From assembly GCA_051362555.1 (NCBI GenBank), contig CM120641.1, positions 8,494,001-8,558,000 of the forward strand: a stretch of 64,000 nucleotides of DNA, in the 5' to 3' direction. The position numbers were made by a program, and so were the translations under genes. Each line of letters begins with the position of its first letter. The stretch's first letter is position 1. The notes below the pieces were generated by a model. It did no database searches. It was not told the DNA's origin and worked only from the letters and a program-made list of their open reading frames with translations. This DNA is from Lingula anatina. Its lineage: Eukaryota > Animalia > Brachiopoda. Positions 32,564 to 46,400 of this stretch are shown piece by piece.

Positions 32564-35500
32564 GCTTCACATTTTGAGTACGGTCATTGCACATTGAAAC
32601 TCAGGGTGTCTGGTGCCTTAATAGTGACACGAGTTGTAGTGAGTCTCCTCCCATTCAGAGCAACGACTTTGCAAAAGGATGTCAAGAATGCAGAGAACAG
32701 CGGTATGTTTCCAATGGTGCTTACTATTAAAATGAATCCGAGATTTAATTTCTTCTAGCGCAATGAATAACTTGATCAAAGGCCACAGAACGTTCGCTCA
32801 ATTTACATCAAATTCTTCTCCAGTCATAATAAAAAAATTCGCGCCATTGTTCCGTCAAATATATCAACAAAACTTGGCTTTGAAGTATAGCAATAGCAGC
32901 GGTTTTGCACTTGTAGTGGTTGAAATCGAAAGAGATCGTCTTATTGAATTTTTTGCTTTGACCTCCACTTGAAAAATCGCTTTCGAACTTCCGTGGTGAA
33001 GTGTGGATCGAGCACAACATACATGTTAACTAATTGATGACCGCCTCCTTGATTTCAACATTCCCAGAAGCTAAAAACGTTGCTGCAAAGCACCTTGGAT
33101 ACAGAGCGATATTTCTCAATAGAAAAGGATTAACAGTATCTATCAAAATAGATGAAATACTATTCCTAAAGAGATTAAGAGATAATTCTTCTTTACGTAA
33201 CCAATCAGGTCAACGAATGGCTTATAATATGATGACTCTACTAACAGCTTGACTAGCGATGCTCAATTTGTGGTACTTTTTGTGTATAATAAGGAAATGT
33301 TATTTTTTCATTATTTCCAATCAGGAAAAGGCATGGTTTCTAAACCTTAACAATATAAAAATCAATGCATCTTCCCTATGGCTGTATCGTTTGCGACTTG
33401 CTGCTGTTCACTTAAAGAGCGATCACTTAGACATGAACAGAACGGTTCGCAATCATTCTGTCACACATTATCTCTTCATTATAATGGCCAGACAGTCGCC
33501 TGTCCAGTGATGAGACGCCTTCTTAAAGCCCCTTAATTTTTTCAGGTGATCTATGGCTGGACAGCCAACTGTCGAGTGACTCCAACTGAATGACAACGTC
33601 AGCCAGAACCGGAATCGGTTTAACTTTGCCAATGTGAACGCACTTTTAAATGGAAGCATAAAACGTGGTCTTACTTGACGCTGCACTGCGTGTACATGAT
33701 TCTCTAATTAATGGTTCAATGGGAATCTTGCCGTTAGTTTGGCCGTTTCATTAACTCCACTTGTAAGTTACGGATATATAGGGGCTTTAGTAACATATAA
33801 CAAATCATTCGGATAGTACCAATATTTCAAATCTGCCCCAGACGATACCGGGTTGAGATACTGGATATCGGTTTAATTCGAGAGCTGTTTATTCTTTTGC
33901 ATTTCACGAAAGAGCGAGGCTGTAGAAAACAATCTTTTTTAGCTGTTGTACCATCCCAAGGGCAGGCAGCACCGTTTTGATCGAAGCACCAGAAATAACG
34001 AGCTCAGTTCTTCTGGATGCAAAGAACAGGTCTGCGAGCAGATTATTTTATGACCATTTCTTTCCTTGCATAGGAGAACTAAAACAGGCTGGTGAGTCGT
34101 GTTTTAGAGACCTGTCTAACGTAGGCGAAATCGATTAGCAGTTGGTTGGGCTTGAATTTTACTCGAACGTAAGGTATCATAATTTGAAGGATTGTGTAGG
34201 TAACTCACGTTTACGTCTAATTCACGAACACACGAACGCATGCAGACACCTGCTCACACTCATGGAGGCAAGGACGCGTCAAACACGTACGAAAATATGT
34301 GCACAATGCACTTATGCCACAACATTCAACCTCTTTATAATGTAGCAGGTGTTAATTTTACCGTGATTCAGATTCAAATCAGGTATGTAAAGACAGAGGA
34401 AGTGTATAAGATCTTTGTTAATGTCGACTTCATAAACAGTTGGTGTGATTTCAAAGGGATTTCTTTTCCTGAATAAGCGAACCTTTTTACCCCTTAGTTG
34501 ACCCAAATTGAAAAATGGCATATAGATTTTGATTCGGAGCGGACCTTCTCTGACACAGGAGGGCAGTTCTTTCGAACTCTTTGAACCCTCTCTGCCTGAA
34601 AAGTATCCTAAGTGGGAAATAAAGAAAGGAACTTAAAATCAGGCAAAAGTGTGATTATTATCGTTCATTCATTTATTTAGCTATTTATTCATATGTGGAA
34701 AAAACACTATCTTTCCAGATTGAAATAGTGTTTTCCAACCATGAGGCTATGTGCCCTTTGCTGCAGCCATCATGGTGTGTGTGACGACGAACTGGAGGTG
34801 TGAGTACCCAGTACACTTCATCCTAGGCGTCCTGTGCTTGGTCTATCGATTGTCATACGCAACTGGTAAAGGTAGGGGTGAGTATCATGAATAACATATT
34901 TTTTACCATCATCATCCAAAAATGGCCTCGACTCATTTTCACAGAACTACCTCGATTGTCTTCATGTTAATAATGCCCCATCAATTTTTCACTCTTGGAC
35001 CAATCCGAGTCTGTAGCTTCAGTGGAGTGTTTTTCTTTGGTATTTTTCCGGCTGTCAGAGTATTTTTTATCATTAAGAGAGAACAGAAGGTATATCCTTG
35101 TATAAGTGTATCAACCAGTGTGCGGGCCTAACCTTGCTCTCTCCACTGCTATGCATAAATCCCAATAAGCATCGTGAAGATAAGGGAATCAGTCAGATAG
35201 GTACGGTCTGTATTCTTTTCATTACTGTAAAAATAATGCCCCCAGTATGGTATACAACATTTTGAAAATATGTGATCAAGTCAACCCAAAATCGGGATAG
35301 AAGTTTAGAATCCAGCATTGTTATTTGGTATTCATATGGCGTGTTTATAGTTGATGCTCTAGACACTAAATTATAGAACGACCAAGCAAGCTCCCAATAT
35401 AGTCTGAAATTTCTACAGTTACGGGCATGTGTTGAAAGGAGGAACTCGCTTTCAAAGAAAATTATTTCATTGATTTGACCCTTTACATATTGATGATAAG

Positions 35501-36030
35501 TAAGATCTTGAAATAGACCACCTTCACTGGCATTTCTGAAATTAAAGTTGCATGTCATCAAAACTAACCCTATATTCTTAGACGATACTATCCCCGATGA
35601 CAGTTTCGAACCGTGATTGAAAAATATTCTATACATCAAGATAACGTACTTGCAATTGGGCATCGACCGTTTTAGCACAGAACTTAGACCATAGAGAATT
35701 AAATGTTCACAGCAGCGCCATATTTATCACGGCCTGAGAATCAGGGCCTCTAAACCTCACAGAAATGAGATCTTAAATTTAGATTTCACTTCCGTGCCAC
35801 AACACTTGAATCAAGTACCATTCTCAAGTGTGATATCAGCCAGTCACAATATTTATATAATCATTCACTCTTCTTCTTATTTATTTTATCTTGTTTTTAC
35901 TATTTGTTATCATTTGGTGGGAGGCGAGAGGAATCTCGAAAAAATATTTGAGATTCAGTGCTGACAGTGCCCATGCCAATCTTCGTTTCAGACGAGAGAC
36001 TGATGATGGATTGCTTCCTTACTTGCCATA
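30300..36030 (+). other. Candidate 5' (UTR or N-terminal) exons of the adhesion GPCR
   Basis: Strong donors after 30444 (AAG|GTGAGT), 31756 (AAG|GTAGGT), 34091 (CTG|GTGAGT, 18-nt exon 34074-34091) and 34799 (GGT|GTGAGT); acceptor at 35990. No unambiguous start codon or signal peptide could be assembled. Confidence 0.3.
32398..32561. repeat. (CT)n (32398-32424) and (GT)n (32520-32561) microsatellites
   Basis: Direct reading. Confidence 0.95.
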
Positions 36031-36945
36031 CATGTAGGTGTCAGGATGTTTCTAGATTGAATAACACTAGCAGTTGCTTGCAGGCACAATTGTCCTTCTT
36101 ACCCCCCCCCCCCCATACACACACACACAATTAAACTCTGAGCTCAATTCCCCAGCATGTCGTCATCACAAGGATGCAAGAAGACGTAATATGTCTGAAA
36201 TAATCTGTACTTAAGTGTTAAAATATATTTTATCTTTTGCATTTCATTATATTTTTATCTCATTCATCTTGTTTATTAATTTATCTTTTGTAAAGAGTAA
36301 TATTGATTTAGTATAGGATTAGGCGATACAGGTTTAGCTGATATGGCATTCAAACGAAAGAAATTTCTGTTCTGTCCCTTTTCGTCTATATTCGAACATC
36401 TTTGGACATGTGAATAGATCTTGGTGCGTTGTGCATATAGCTGAATTAGAACAAATGGCAGTTTACGGTCGAGTCTCTCATATTAATTACGCTAATAAAA
36501 GCTCTAAAATAATATTTCCAGCCCAGGTAAAATATGTCACGTGACATGGCAACGGACTTAAGACATCCCATTCCCTCATTAATTCTCGCCAATATGCTAA
36601 CCTCTTACACAGCCCCTGAGCCCGCCCGAGACCCGTTTTGCTGCTGAAATATCACCTTGGGAAATGCTTGGCGTCCTGAGTTTAAGAGTTGTGACAAATA
36701 ACGTATCCCGCAAGCCCTGCCCATTGCCGCTTATAAAAAAGGGATACATTTGCTGATGAACGTAACAAATGTGCAGTTTTGCATCTGATAGTTTCATTCA
36801 TCGAGATTTTGTTTTTTGTTATGTATAATTAAGAATGAAGTCACTGCATGTATTTTGTTGGTTTTATTTTGCTTTTCCATATGGCATGTGAATTTGGCTT
36901 AAAACGAGGACAAAACCCTTGGATTTCACAAATATGTCGGTATTA

Positions 36946-37700
36946 TCATGTTCAATATCCACAATCAACTAGCGCCTTCCTATGTCTCTACCTATTTCAT
37001 CCCGTTTAGAAATAAATCCATGCTACCTCTACGGACAACATCTAAAAGAGACTACATAATTCCCTCTAAATTCACATACAAAGGTCCTGAACACTTTTTG
37101 ATGACAAGCTGGGATGAACTAAACACCACTCAAAAAAATCTTCCTTCTGCATCCTCCCTTAAGTATAACCTTAGAAATGAAATCTTCCCAGCAACAATGT
37201 CCACCACCCATCTGAAGCTTCCGAGACAAAATGAAAAAATCCTAAATAAGGCCCGAGTCGATTTGTTATTTAGAGCCCAACTATATGACCACAACTGGAC
37301 AGCTATGGCTTCTCCCAACTGTTTATGTGGGAAACCCGAAACCATCCGACATTTTTTCTTTCAATGCCCACTGAAACAGAGGAAATATCGTGATCTCTAC
37401 GAATCTGTTGAAGATATACTTGGTGTAACTTATGCATATGTCAGAACCCAACTAGATAAGATATCCCTCTTCCTACATGGCCATAAAACACTAACATCTG
37501 GACAAAACGACAAGATTTTCGAAATAGTGTCAGATTTCTTAATCAAAAATGTCTGAATCTTCTTCCATTTCTGTTCTAGCGCCTACCACTCTCTCCTGAT
37601 GGCCCATTGCCCCCCCCCCCCATAATTACCTTTCCCCCATGCCCTGTCCCTCACTCCCCTCTAATGCCACTCATGTCCTCGTCACCGTCTTTTTCCTGAA

Positions 37701-37736
<36 letters not shown>

Positions 37737-37832
37737 ATTTCAAAGGTGAGCATATAATGCCTAGGCGAATTGCCACCTTTATTTATACTGTATCAATATT
37801 TAACCCTCTTGAGAATAAAGATGTTAAAAAAA
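36946..37832 (+). mobile_element. 5'-truncated non-LTR retrotransposon (LINE) with 12-bp TSD
   Basis: TSD ATGTCGGTATTA at 36934-36945 and 37833-37844; open 202-aa ORF2 C-terminus with CLCGKPETIRHFFFQC zinc-knuckle-type motif; C-rich 3' UTR, (TTA)n at about 37700-37735, AATAAA 37814-37819 and short A tail. Confidence 0.9.
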
Positions 37833-39574
37833 ATGTCGGTATTAGTTTCATTGGGTATCACACAAAACCAAAGAGATGAGTTGTCAGTGCACCAAAATAT
37901 TTCAGTTAAAAAACAGCCTTTATTTTCATCACAATAATGTCTTCATAAATACGACAATTGCTTTGCGAATAATATGAAACCCCTTAATGGTACTTGACAC
38001 AGAAGGTTCTGAATCAGAAAGCGTCTCCATTTACTAGTCTAACTCTTCTACTAAGAGCCCTGCAGCTCGAGCTAAATACGATATCGGAACTTTAAGCAAA
38101 AACGTGTGAATCAGAGGGCTTAGCCACAGTATAAGTAAACGCCAGAATCCTATTAATGCCATCGATTTGCGGCGTAATTGACTATAAATTGCATTTCGTG
38201 AAGTCAGAGCATAACGAGGCTATGTTCTTTTAAGCTTTAACGAAGGGCTGGTATTTACATAACATTTCTGTGTTCCCTGTGTGTTAAAATGAACGGGAAT
38301 ATATTGGCGGAAATATCCAATCATTATGCAGTTCCATAAGTCTATAAGAATATTGCAGGCACGATGTACAGAATTGCTTTGAAGTATAATGAAATATTCA
38401 ATCAATATCACTGAGTTTGGAACTTCGGGCGGATATTTAGCTGCATCTTAAAAGTTCCGGTTGGACTTGAATCATCTTTGCGGAATATCCCGCATCGATA
38501 TTGGAAGTATATTTTCAGTGCTTTCATGGATATGGATCTAAAGTTAAAAAAAGAAGAAAGCAAGCATAACCTCAAAATATTGCTTTCAGTTTTGTAAGTT
38601 ACCCTCACTAGTCTCTAAAGCGAAGTACCAGAAATAGAGCACTAAAGAACATGAATACCAAAATGTCATGGATTTTGTTCTCAAATATTGATGAATGTCA
38701 GATTTGATTTAGGAACATAGCTTTTGGTATTTTGAAAGACGCCACGCAGGTCTCGGCTGCATTATGCAAAGCAAAGCTTAGATTGATGTCTCCATGGCTC
38801 TAAATATGACCTCTATCTACCCGTCGATCAGTGCAAAAGAGAATTGGCACTAGTCGGCACAAATCACTGCTTATTCCGATTATTGAGTATCACAGTTGCT
38901 GCCCATACAATTGGCCAAATTGGGTTGGAAGCAAAGCCTGACAGCAGCCCCATGATTGGATGTAATCTCTTCATTACTGAACCAAATCTACTTTAAGTTC
39001 CCTTTTACTTCATCGACAATATCGCTGGGAAAATTCCCTTAATTGCCTTAATTCTATATCAGAGTACAGCCGCAATAAAATCTTAAATCGTTTCCTCCCA
39101 AATACGATCTATACAGTAAAATTGCCTTCGTATCCCTTTAAATCATTCCCACCAAGGGTATACCAAATAGCTCCTTCTGCAAGGGCCTATATGGGTCAAA
39201 ATTTTCTTACTGGTTCTTTGGGCTTGGACATGGATCTCACGTGGTTTCAACAAGGGTCACATAGTTAGCTGTATATAGGGTTTACTGGGAAGTAAAATTG
39301 GCGGCCAGGCCCCTGTTTCAGATGCTTGTTCTGTTAAGTCCACAACTTAAAGCTTGTTTATGGTCATTTTGAGACCACTTTTTTTATGCCCAGTGTGTAT
39401 TTTTTCGAATGCTTTACTATGTCTTTCCTCTTCCCTCTTTTTACCAAAGTTCTGGTTTTCTTGATATCTTTTCATCATATACCATCTTGCTGGCCATCTG
39501 CAATTATTGCCAGATCAGCGTAGGGTTTTTTTTTTTACTTTAAATCAAAATTTGCCACACTTATTTATTTGTGC

Positions 39575-40080
39575 AACATTTAATGGAAAACTAAAGGAGC
39601 ATGTGACTTCTGAGAAACTTCTAGGGGGTTAATTAGAATATGTAATGGCCAACTTGAAGAATGTATAAAGCTAGAAAGATTGAGAGCAGTAAACTTTCAC
39701 TTTTAAGAAAAATAAAACAAACTACCTGTGGAAATGACTTTTTTTGCAATGCACATATATTCCTCTATCTAGGTTACTGCCCCACCGTATGGGAAAGCAG
39801 TCCAAAAGTCGATGAATTATATAAGTGTCAAGAACGTGCCGCTAGATTTAAACTGGCCCACTTAAAGAATAGGTTTGACAAAAGATATTATGCTGTACGC
39901 AGTGGATTGATACCTAAGTCCATGAGTGATTTATTCAGCAATGTAGTGTGTGATATTACAAAGAGAAACCCCATATCCACAACAGTTATACTTGTCTGGT
40001 GGCAAATATATTTTAATCAATGGATCTATTTGGAGCTCAGTACTTGTATGGAACAATCGTAACAGTGGCATTCGATTTCT
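39575..40080 (+). mobile_element. Degenerate LINE relic (region C-terminal to RT, CR1/L2-like)
   Basis: EKLLGV at 39612, then in another frame SSKLSLLRKIK, NAHI..LGYC.TVW and QERAAR, typical of post-RT motifs; frameshifted and deleted. Confidence 0.65.
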
Positions 40081-40293
40081 TAAAAGTGGAGTTCTAAATC
40101 AGCCCATTTTAATTTTATCAAGTAGGACTATTGTTATTGTCATTGTTTTTAATTTATAAATGCTTTTTATTATTACCTTTGAAGTTTTTTTTAACTAACA
40201 TCACGGGGGCATATAAAACTTTTCCTTATAAAATAACGTATGACTGTTTTTTACTACTAGAACTTCAAATACAACATATCGGATAATGTCTGT

Positions 40294-40295
<2 letters not shown>

Positions 40296-40358
<63 letters not shown>
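40296..40358. repeat. (TA)n microsatellite
   Basis: Direct reading; ends about 45 nt upstream of the EGF-like exon acceptor. Confidence 0.95.
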
Positions 40359-40364
<6 letters not shown>

Positions 40365-40403
40365 TAATCCTTTGATCTAGCATTGTATTCATATTAATTT
40401 CAG

Positions 40404-43400
40404 TGGAAACTTTGCATGGTGCTGACTGTATAGGGAGATACTACACGTGGCCCACCTGCCAGGACAACCCTGATGGTTATGGCTGTTTATGTGGACCCGG
40501 TTTCTACTGGAACACAAGGCTCTGTATATGTAAGTTTGTCTTTGCCTGTTCGCAAGACGGGATACTAGCGGTGTCCTAGGTCGCACCTGGCACTGTTTTC
40601 AAAAAAACGTTTTTTTTTTCAATATAACTCCGAAAGAGAGGTTTCGATTGCAATCAAACATTTGGACTGGAGAGATAGTTATATTCCTCAAATAAACCAC
40701 CTTCTGGGGCATTGTCCTCACCACTTAAGACAGGATTTACGTGGTGCAACGAAACCGCCAACTTCCTAGAGTTAGCCTGAAAACGGATGCAGCCATAGAT
40801 CCGTTAGACGCACGCCTTGTGTTTTAAACACAATAACGGATCAACATTAGACGACTGAGTCTGGAAAGTATTTTTGAGATGTACTAGTACTCAGACACAA
40901 ACATCCCCTTATTTTGTGTTCGCCCTGCAACATATTCGATCGTACATGTTGCGGGAATTTTAATTGCTTCCTTCGGGAAAGTTCGCTATATCTGGAAAAG
41001 AAATTAAATTGACTGTTGACTGAAGCAGAGTCTACAGAGAACAGTTCATAGCCGGAACAAGGACGTTTTCGTAGCCCTCTGAATGGTGGTGTGTGGACAT
41101 GGAGATATGACAATGCAGCAAGACATGATGATAGAATGACTTTACTTATCATATTTAAAATATGGTCTAATGACCCGCCATTAGGCCCTTGATTAATGTG
41201 CCATGTGCCATAGAAATGCAGATTTAAAATTACTTAAATATTTTGGTATTTTTAAGATTGTATATAACAGAGATGTGTATTCGGGGAACTCTCCGAGGAT
41301 GGCCAGTTCAGTAAAGATGATTGATTTTTGCTCGCCTGCTTCTTGGATTTAAATCCTTTTTTCCGTCTTTGTATATTATGACGTAAAATTGCTGATGTGT
41401 TAGGAGCTATTTTTTATTTCTATAGATCGGTCTGGAAAACGTTATTTTGCAAGATAACTGTGGACTTTTGATTCAGTAGTTCATATTCGCAGCTATTCAC
41501 ATTTTTTTTTTAATTTAAAGCAAGAAAATGGCACACGCCTTAAAGCTTTTTCATTTTTTTCACTGTAATATATTTTATACGTATACATACTAGCCTCTAG
41601 ACCAGTGATTTACATGTTAAGTGGTGTTCAGATTTTCTCTCCAGAGACCAAAGATCAATGGCAATTTGTTTATGGCTTTGTACAATAAGGGCGGTATGTA
41701 ATTGCTCAGTTTGCATTACCCTGTTCATATCCATAGGTCGGCTGCCTTCAATAGTTGAATTAAGTTACCCTGAGTTTTAGAGGACTGATGATGACTTACG
41801 TCTTAAGGTACTGTACATATCGCCCCGAGTTTCAAGGAACTGACCTTCCAAAATAATATACTAAAGCTAATTGCTTGAGATTCAAGTGACTGACGATGGC
41901 AGATCTCAGTAACACATTTAGTTTCCGGAAATTCTAAGTCATTTTCTCCTCTTTCTCCGTCAATAACGAAAAGAAACAAGATACCCGACGTCTAAACCAA
42001 GGCCCAGTAAAGTGACTCTACATGTATTACAAACTAACCTATTTCTATGATTTACCATTCCTATCATATCAATACGGGAGTAATGCGCTCTTCAGCACAT
42101 ACGGAAACACGCCAAACATTTTGACTCAACAGAAAGAATGCAGGATAATAAGTTCTTTTAAAAAATATGCCTGTGTACTAATTTTGGCATGCGCAGACGC
42201 TATATATAGATGTATGTCCCAAGTACTAAAATACATGTTGTCAGGGTTTACAGCTGAATGCTGTAATTGTGGAATTTTTTATTGAGTGCCACAAAATTCT
42301 TTAACACGCCAAATTCTGTACAGTTAGATATTCGAATGAATATCGTTTTATGAAACACCATAAAACTCAATTTTTGATATGTTGCCTAAATTTGTTTCAG
42401 CCACATCTGTAAACTCGAGGTTTGAATTGAACGGTGACCACAACGACCGCCACACGTTGAAGAACGGATACGCCAAACTGGTGGGCAAAACCTTCCCGGA
42501 TCTCATCCACCTGACGATAACGATGTGGGTACGAGTGCCAAACTCCACCACGGACGGGACTTTGCTCTCCTACAGCACACGGAACTATTCAAATCTCATA
42601 CAAATTACAGCAGGGCGGACAGTGAAGTTCAGTTTGCATGGAGAGACCAGGGATACAGGCCTTATGCTGCAACACGGATTTTGGGTCCATTTGGCGTTCA
42701 CATGGTCTGCCATAGGTTAGTATATTACCATGTTATTTTGACGCATAAAGGTGACCATACCCAGAAACTACGAGTCTTATATTCTTACTCTCAGGGTAAG
42801 AAAGTAAGTTATTTCCGGCAAAGATCAATGGGCAAATGTCCAAACTGAAACTGAATGTCTGGAAATTCAATTGCATTTTGATAATAACGTACATGTACCA
42901 CTATTGAATGGCCCACTTCTAATGAATTCGTCAATGCTCATAAATTTATGTTAAAATGCATAATAGTATATAACATTTAATGATTTTGTTTTGACAATAA
43001 ATCCCCGGTTGATCATTTTTGAAACATAAAGATGTAACAAACACGTGTGAACAAAGATATAAACAAACGGATGGTTTTTAATGGCAAGCTCGGTATTTTC
43101 TCTCACATGCATGTGTATTACCCGCCCTTTTCTATCTTGGGTCCGCAACCGTTATGCATAAACAAGGGGGTTGTTTTCACGATTTTGTATATGCAAAGGG
43201 CATGGATGGGTGGGTAGGGCTGTTGACGAGTCGGGGATTAACGGGTTCTTGAATTCACCTACAGTGTGATAAATACCGTATATGCGTTCAACATGCATAT
43301 TTTGTAATATAATTTTCTAACAACAGCCAAAGTAAGATTATATATATTTTATCCTTTGAAGAATCCTATCGGACTATGGAACATATCCCGGTGTAACTAA

Positions 43401-46400
43401 ACAGTTAGTAGCAAATATATATAAATACTATAGGCCTACGATTATAAACATGAAGAATAAAGCTGTTGAAAAGCTTATGATAATTGACTTCATTTGTGAA
43501 ACCAAATGACGCTTCTTCACATCTTTACTCTTTTAGATGGCTCCTGGTTTGTCTATGAGAATGGCGCCAAAATATCACTTCCTTATATGGACACTGTTGG
43601 AAAACGTAAGCCTATTCTTCGTGGGGGTGACATGATCCTGGGCCAGTCTTATCTAGGTCAAAACGGTCACGTGCAGTACGACTCTCCCTTTATTGGTGAC
43701 TTGAGTCACGTGAACATTTGGAAACAAGTCTTGTCGGAGGATGAAATACGAAAAGTGTACTCAGACTGTACTTTTACTCACTGTGGCACGGCAGTTCAAT
43801 GGACAGAATTTCGTTTCGGCACACATGGGAATATCCATTTGCGGTGGCCTTCGGAAATTGTAGGTTAGTATCCTTTAACATGCACACAAAGACCCAAATG
43901 GTAATTAGTTTTTTTAATTGATTGATTCATCACTTGTAGGTTAGTATCTTTTAACGTGGTCACAAAGACTCAAATGATAATTGCCTTTTTAATTGATTGA
44001 TTCATCACTTTATATCTTTATCAATCGAACTCACAGAAAAACAGCTAAAAGAAATTACCAATGCAAGACGTGTGTGAATACGGATAAAGACAAATGGATG
44101 GTTTCAAATTAATTGCAAGCACGGCATTTTCTCTCTCTAAATTGACATGTCTAGGCTAACGAAAAACTATTTTATCACACACCATCGATCAAGCTTGGCA
44201 CAGATGATATCGATTTTGCCTCTAAATTCGAGCTAAAAGTCGTCACTTTTGACAAGTTGAAAAGTTTAGAACACGATAAGACGGGAAACATTTATCTCTC
44301 TCAAAAGTAGAGAGATAAATTATTCCAAAAAGCACTGGTCTATTCCGACAATAGATATGGCTCGCCGTTGTTCGATCTGAAATTTTTTGTACATACATAG
44401 AAATGCTATGTGACCATGGTGATAAATTTTTTACTGGGTTTTAGGGGTGTATTTCGGTGAAATGCGAGTACTTTCTCTAGGTATGCATGTCAAATACTCT
44501 TTTGCCACTCTTTTGCAATATATGCCTTGAATACCGTTTGCTGAAGCCCGAGGTGTTCTTGCATATATTACTCGGGTGACAGCGTATTATCTCACACATA
44601 CATGTAGTTGACTAGTACAGATTGTCTTTTTGTATGTTTGTTTTGTTTCCTTCTATTTAATTAGCCATTTATTTTTCTATCCATAGTACGTTTCAAGGAT
44701 TGTCACATATACGGCCTCAATGACCATGTGATTTTGTTCAGTAAGGACTGGTGGTGCGTATGTAAGGTTCGATTTTATACTCGCCGATCGAGAAGAATTA
44801 AGCAAGATGAGGCGCTGATTTCCAAACAGCTTTATTTCCTCTGCCTAAGTTCTCAAGTCCTAAGTGCCTTATTTACCCACCACCAGTCCTATTTTTACCC
44901 AGTTGTACATTAAATGTCTTACTGAAATATTACCTATGAACTAAAGATATTATCTGGTCTAACGAGACGAGTGTCATGAGAGGTGCGCGACGTATAAGGG
45001 GGCGTGGGGCATGCTAAGGGGCTCCACGCCGTGCCTTACACGAGTATGAAAGTACATATGCATTGAGCGACGATACAGCTTCTCCCAGACAAGCCATCCC
45101 CTCTTTTGACCTCCCCCCCCCAAAAAAAAAAAAACATTCATTGATGTTCAAACTCTGCCTTTCAGATCAGACGTGCTTCACAGACGTATGGGCTGCCGAG
45201 ACTTGTGACGATCACTGTAGCTATGTTATAGGTATCCTATATCAATTAATTAATGAATGTATGTGCACGTGTTTGCGTGCGCGAGAGAGAAAGAGAAAGC
45301 TAGTTCGTGGATGAATTTGAATTTTTGCTATTTTGATCAAGTAAACTAATTATGCGCAAAAACCATACATTAATGAGATTAGTTTGTATTCTCCGGTCAC
45401 GCTTTCGACGATTTTTATTAAAATAAATGCTTGAAAATGCATCGGCTAATAACTGGAGAATTACTTTTTGTAGGATAACCATGTAAAAAGAGGAGGGCAT
45501 GAAGACATATTCTCAATGTATATTCTGTCATTTAGGTGCACAATGTAACGAAGAAATTGTAGAGAATATCCGCTGGTCTCGGACTCCTGCCGGGCATAAC
45601 GTCAGCGTTCCATGTCCAGGTCGCGTGGACGACAGCGGCAACGCTACAGGTAAACTTAACTTCTACTTTGAAGAAGGGACTTGTAGCGTAGTTCAGATTT
45701 TAAATAATATGTACAGTGTACAAGTTACCACTCTTTTACTTCTTCGTTCTCTTTCTATCTATTTGTCTCCCCCTTTTTTCCTTCGCGCCTTGCTTTATAC
45801 CATTATATTTTAGAATGGGTGTTTCATCTAAGCAAAATGTAAAGGTTATTGATGTCAAGTGCTAAAGACTTAATAAGATTAGCAGACCTGTATGTGTTGA
45901 CCACGTCATTTCAGCATTTGCATACCGGTATTGCAACATTACAAACGACAACAAAGGTGTGTGGGGTGAGCCTCAGATAGATGAGTGCCTTTCCCAGAAA
46001 CAACTGTCACTGAAGACAGAGGTAGGTGCTCAGCACGTGCTCTGTTGTAGCATGCACGCACGTGTATAAAATGATAATGCGCATCTGTGCGCACAAATTG
46101 TGTATAAGTGTAAAGGGGACGTTTAGAAAAAAAGTAAACATGTATTGTATTTTGATCCCGTCAAATTCAGTTTGTGTTGTAAACTCACTCTTTTTCAAAC
46201 CGCGATTCAGCTTCATACTGGCTTAAGATGTCTTCCATCTTCCCAGATAGCAGAACTCCTTGGGCTTCCAAGCTTCGACGAAGATCGCATGTTTCACCTC
46301 GGAAATGCTCTACTGAACCACACTACGTATACTTCCTACACCAACCCGATCGACATTGCTGCCGAGATAGACTCACTAAATCTTTTGATTAAGGCTCAGG

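Noticed and set aside
35193-35678. 161-aa minus-strand ORF
   Set aside because: No recognisable domain, non-ATG start and no convincing splice context.
39305-39380. Possible PIF/Harbinger MITE end (GGCCCCTGTTTCA...), with similar hints near 27000 and 35740
   Set aside because: I could not pair the termini or find TSDs by eye.
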